Shown here piece by piece: positions 62,199 through 64,000 of a stretch of 64,000 nt of DNA. Made by a program: the position numbers and the translations under genes. The first letter of the stretch is position 1. The number at the start of each line of letters is the position of its first letter. Source of the DNA: a virus (Duplodnaviria; Caudoviricetes); the IMG/VR virus record IMGVR_UViG_3300010429_001356, positions 2,456-66,455 of that record. One strand, given 5' to 3'. Under the pieces are notes generated by a model, which searched no databases, was not told the origin of the DNA, and saw only the letters and a program-made list of their open reading frames with translations.

Positions 62199-63122
62199 AT
62201 GGCAGAGAAGTCAGTCCTGCTCGCACCCTCCAAGCTCCCGAAGCCGGAGGATCTCCAGTACCCCATGCTCGCCAGCCTGAAGTTCGACGGCCTGCGCATG
62301 CTCGTACGACCCGGCGACATGCTCACCCGGTCGATGAAGCCGCAGCCGAACCTCAACCTGCGGAGCCACCTGGGCGAGCTCATGCAGTTCCTCGTGTCGA
62401 ACAAGCTGGTGCTCGACGGCGAGCTCTACTCGGACGAGATCGACTTCTCCGAGCTGAGCGGGCTCCTCCGCTCGACCGACCAGCCGATCCCCGACCACGT
62501 GCACTTCCACGTCTTCGACGTGCTCACGGTCGACGAGTGGGAGCGCGGCGAGATGCCCGGGTTCTTCGACCGAGTGTCGTTCCTCAACCAGCTCAAGCTC
62601 GATCGGTTCCCCCGCGTCCGCACCGTTGAGCAGCGGCGGGTGGCCTGCGCCGACGACGTGCGGGCGATGTACGCCGAGGCTCTCGAGGCGGGCTTCGAGG
62701 GCGTGATGCTCCGCTCCATGCGGGGGAAGTACAAGCAGGGGCGAGCCACCGAGAAGGAGAACATCATCTTCAAGCAGAAGCCGTTCGACAACCACGACGC
62801 GGTCGTCATCGGCTTCGAGCAGCAGCGGGCGATCCGCGACGACATCGAGCGCGGCGTCAACGAGCTCGGTCGCACCAAGCGCACCCACCGAGCGGAGCAC
62901 TTCGGTCTCGCCGACAACATCGGCAACCTCCGGCTCCGCGACGAGAAGGGCCGGGAGTTCAACTGCGGCTGGGGCCGCGGCTGGACCCACGCGAAGAGAA
63001 AGGAGCTCTGGGACAAGAGGGACTCACTCCTCGGGCGCTGGGTGGAGTTCCGCTGCATGGGCGTGGGCGAGAAGGATCTGCCCCGGATGCCCCAGCTGGT
63101 GAGGTTCCGCGACGACAAGTAG
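62199..63122 (+). CDS. ATP-dependent DNA ligase (start may be GTG 62136)
   Basis: KFDGLR, LDGEL, FDVL, EGVML, KQKP, LPRMP. Confidence 0.92.
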   Translation: MAEKSVLLAPSKLPKPEDLQYPMLASLKFDGLRMLVRPGDMLTRSMKPQPNLNLRSHLGELMQFLVSNKLVLDGELYSDEIDFSELSGLLRSTDQPIPDHVHFHVFDVLTVDEWERGEMPGFFDRVSFLNQLKLDRFPRVRTVEQRRVACADDVRAMYAEALEAGFEGVMLRSMRGKYKQGRATEKENIIFKQKPFDNHDAVVIGFEQQRAIRDDIERGVNELGRTKRTHRAEHFGLADNIGNLRLRDEKGREFNCGWGRGWTHAKRKELWDKRDSLLGRWVEFRCMGVGEKDLPRMPQLVRFRDDK

Positions 63123-63135
63123 TCCTCGCAGTCAC

Positions 63136-63163
63136 TTGCCTTCTGCGAGCTGTGAGGCATACT
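63136..63163 (+). promoter_or_regulatory. Promoter TTGCCT-N16-CATACT
   Basis: Intergenic, followed by AAGGAG RBS. Confidence 0.7.
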
Positions 63164-63183
63164 TGAGGCGAAGGAGCTGACCC

Positions 63184-63465
63184 ATGAGCGAAGCCGAGCA
63201 GAACCCTGTAGCCCCAGCGAGCAGCGAGCCCGCGGCCGCCAAGAAGATCCAGCTCAACAGCAAGACGCGGCGGGGCCTCGCCCTGATGCGGATGCTGCTG
63301 ATCGCTGCATCCGACCCGAGCATGCCTCCCTACCAGACCCTCGTCGACCGCCTCAAGAAGCGGAACGTGGACGAGCTCAACCAGGCGCTCGCCTGGGCCG
63401 AGCAGAACGAGGACTGGGAGTCGGTCGAGAAGTGCTGGGAGATGATGAAGGAGAAGAAGTCGTGA
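63184..63465 (+). CDS. Hypothetical protein
   Basis: Promoter and RBS. Confidence 0.6.
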   Translation: MSEAEQNPVAPASSEPAAAKKIQLNSKTRRGLALMRMLLIAASDPSMPPYQTLVDRLKKRNVDELNQALAWAEQNEDWESVEKCWEMMKEKKS

Positions 63466-64000
63466 AGGGCGTCACCGTCGTCAGCGAGCGGGAGATCACC
63501 ATCCGCATCCGGGACGAGCGCCGTCGCCAGTACACGCTCGAGGATCGACCCGGAGTCTTCGCCCTCCCGTCCCACCGCTGGTGGAGGAAGGGCAAGCGGC
63601 CGAAGCGTGACAGCATGCGGCAGAAGTGCTACGACGCAGAGGCCGAGGTGCGTCTGCCGATGAGCGGACGCAAGCTCGAGAACCTGGAGGACGCGGCTGC
63701 ATACCTCCGCGACACCATGGAGACGGACTGGTTCCAGCGCCGCTGGCCGAAGTTCGTGGAGCTCAGGATCAAGTACAGCCCGCAGACCGGCGGAGCCAAC
63801 GCCTCGCCGAACCGATCCAACGTCTTCTACCTGAGAGAGCCGGACGCGCGGCTCCCCGTCGCCGTGACCCTGCCGACCGCCGGGCGGATCACGGCCGGTC
63901 CCTGGGCGGTGCCCCGGGAGGAGGTCTGGCTGCACGAGCTCGCCCACTGCATCATCCCCGGCGGGCACCACCACGACCGCCTCTGGGTCAGGACGTTCCT
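63462..64000 (+). CDS. SprT-like HExxH metallohydrolase (truncated by the window end)
   Basis: Open frame from GTG 63462; RDSMRQKCYDAE..WLHELAHC..HHHD. Confidence 0.65.
   Translation, partial: MKGVTVVSEREITIRIRDERRRQYTLEDRPGVFALPSHRWWRKGKRPKRDSMRQKCYDAEAEVRLPMSGRKLENLEDAAAYLRDTMETDWFQRRWPKFVELRIKYSPQTGGANASPNRSNVFYLREPDARLPVAVTLPTAGRITAGPWAVPREEVWLHELAHCIIPGGHHHDRLWVRTF

Noticed and set aside
1-64000. Integrase, repressor-cro switch, att site, rRNA, introns or inteins
   Set aside because: None recognised; terL, RNR, PolA and primase appear uninterrupted

Overview
One 64-kb stretch of a high-GC tailed-phage (siphovirus-like) genome. Almost everything is on the + strand; the many long minus-strand ORFs in the track are GC-rich shadows. 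Order: terS, a ~5-kb insert (tail-fibre-like and hypothetical genes), terL, portal, head, neck, tail tube, chaperones with a -1 frameshift, tape measure, baseplate/tip (1-31 kb); a holin-like gene, a metallophosphoesterase-fold nuclease and a Cas4-like nuclease (31-33.8 kb); one minus-strand island (tmRNA with its own promoter plus a pyrimidine-dimer glycosylase) beside a repeat-rich candidate origin (33.7-34.9 kb); then helicases, SSB-like protein, class II RNR, a complete-looking thymidine hypermodification module (dUMP hydroxymethylase, 5-hmdU DNA kinase parts, amino-acid:DNA transferase, flavoenzyme, GNAT), PolA, dCMP deaminase, primase-helicase, ligase and early genes (35-64 kb). Gene content resembles YuA/M6/PaMx11-type phages (inference); the host is unknown. 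Main highlights: (1) the hypermodification pathway with extra nucleotide-pool enzymes; (2) a phage tmRNA (tag GNTVSLRKAA); (3) an 89-nt tRNA-shaped RNA whose anticodon loop is replaced by a perfect 8-bp hairpin; (4) ten sigma70-like promoters all with a 16-nt spacer; (5) structured leaders before the capsid and SSB-like genes; (6) six endonuclease genes, one fused in frame to a nucleotide-modification domain. Family calls come from motif recognition by eye, not from database searches. No integrase, endolysin or CRISPR array was recognised in the window.
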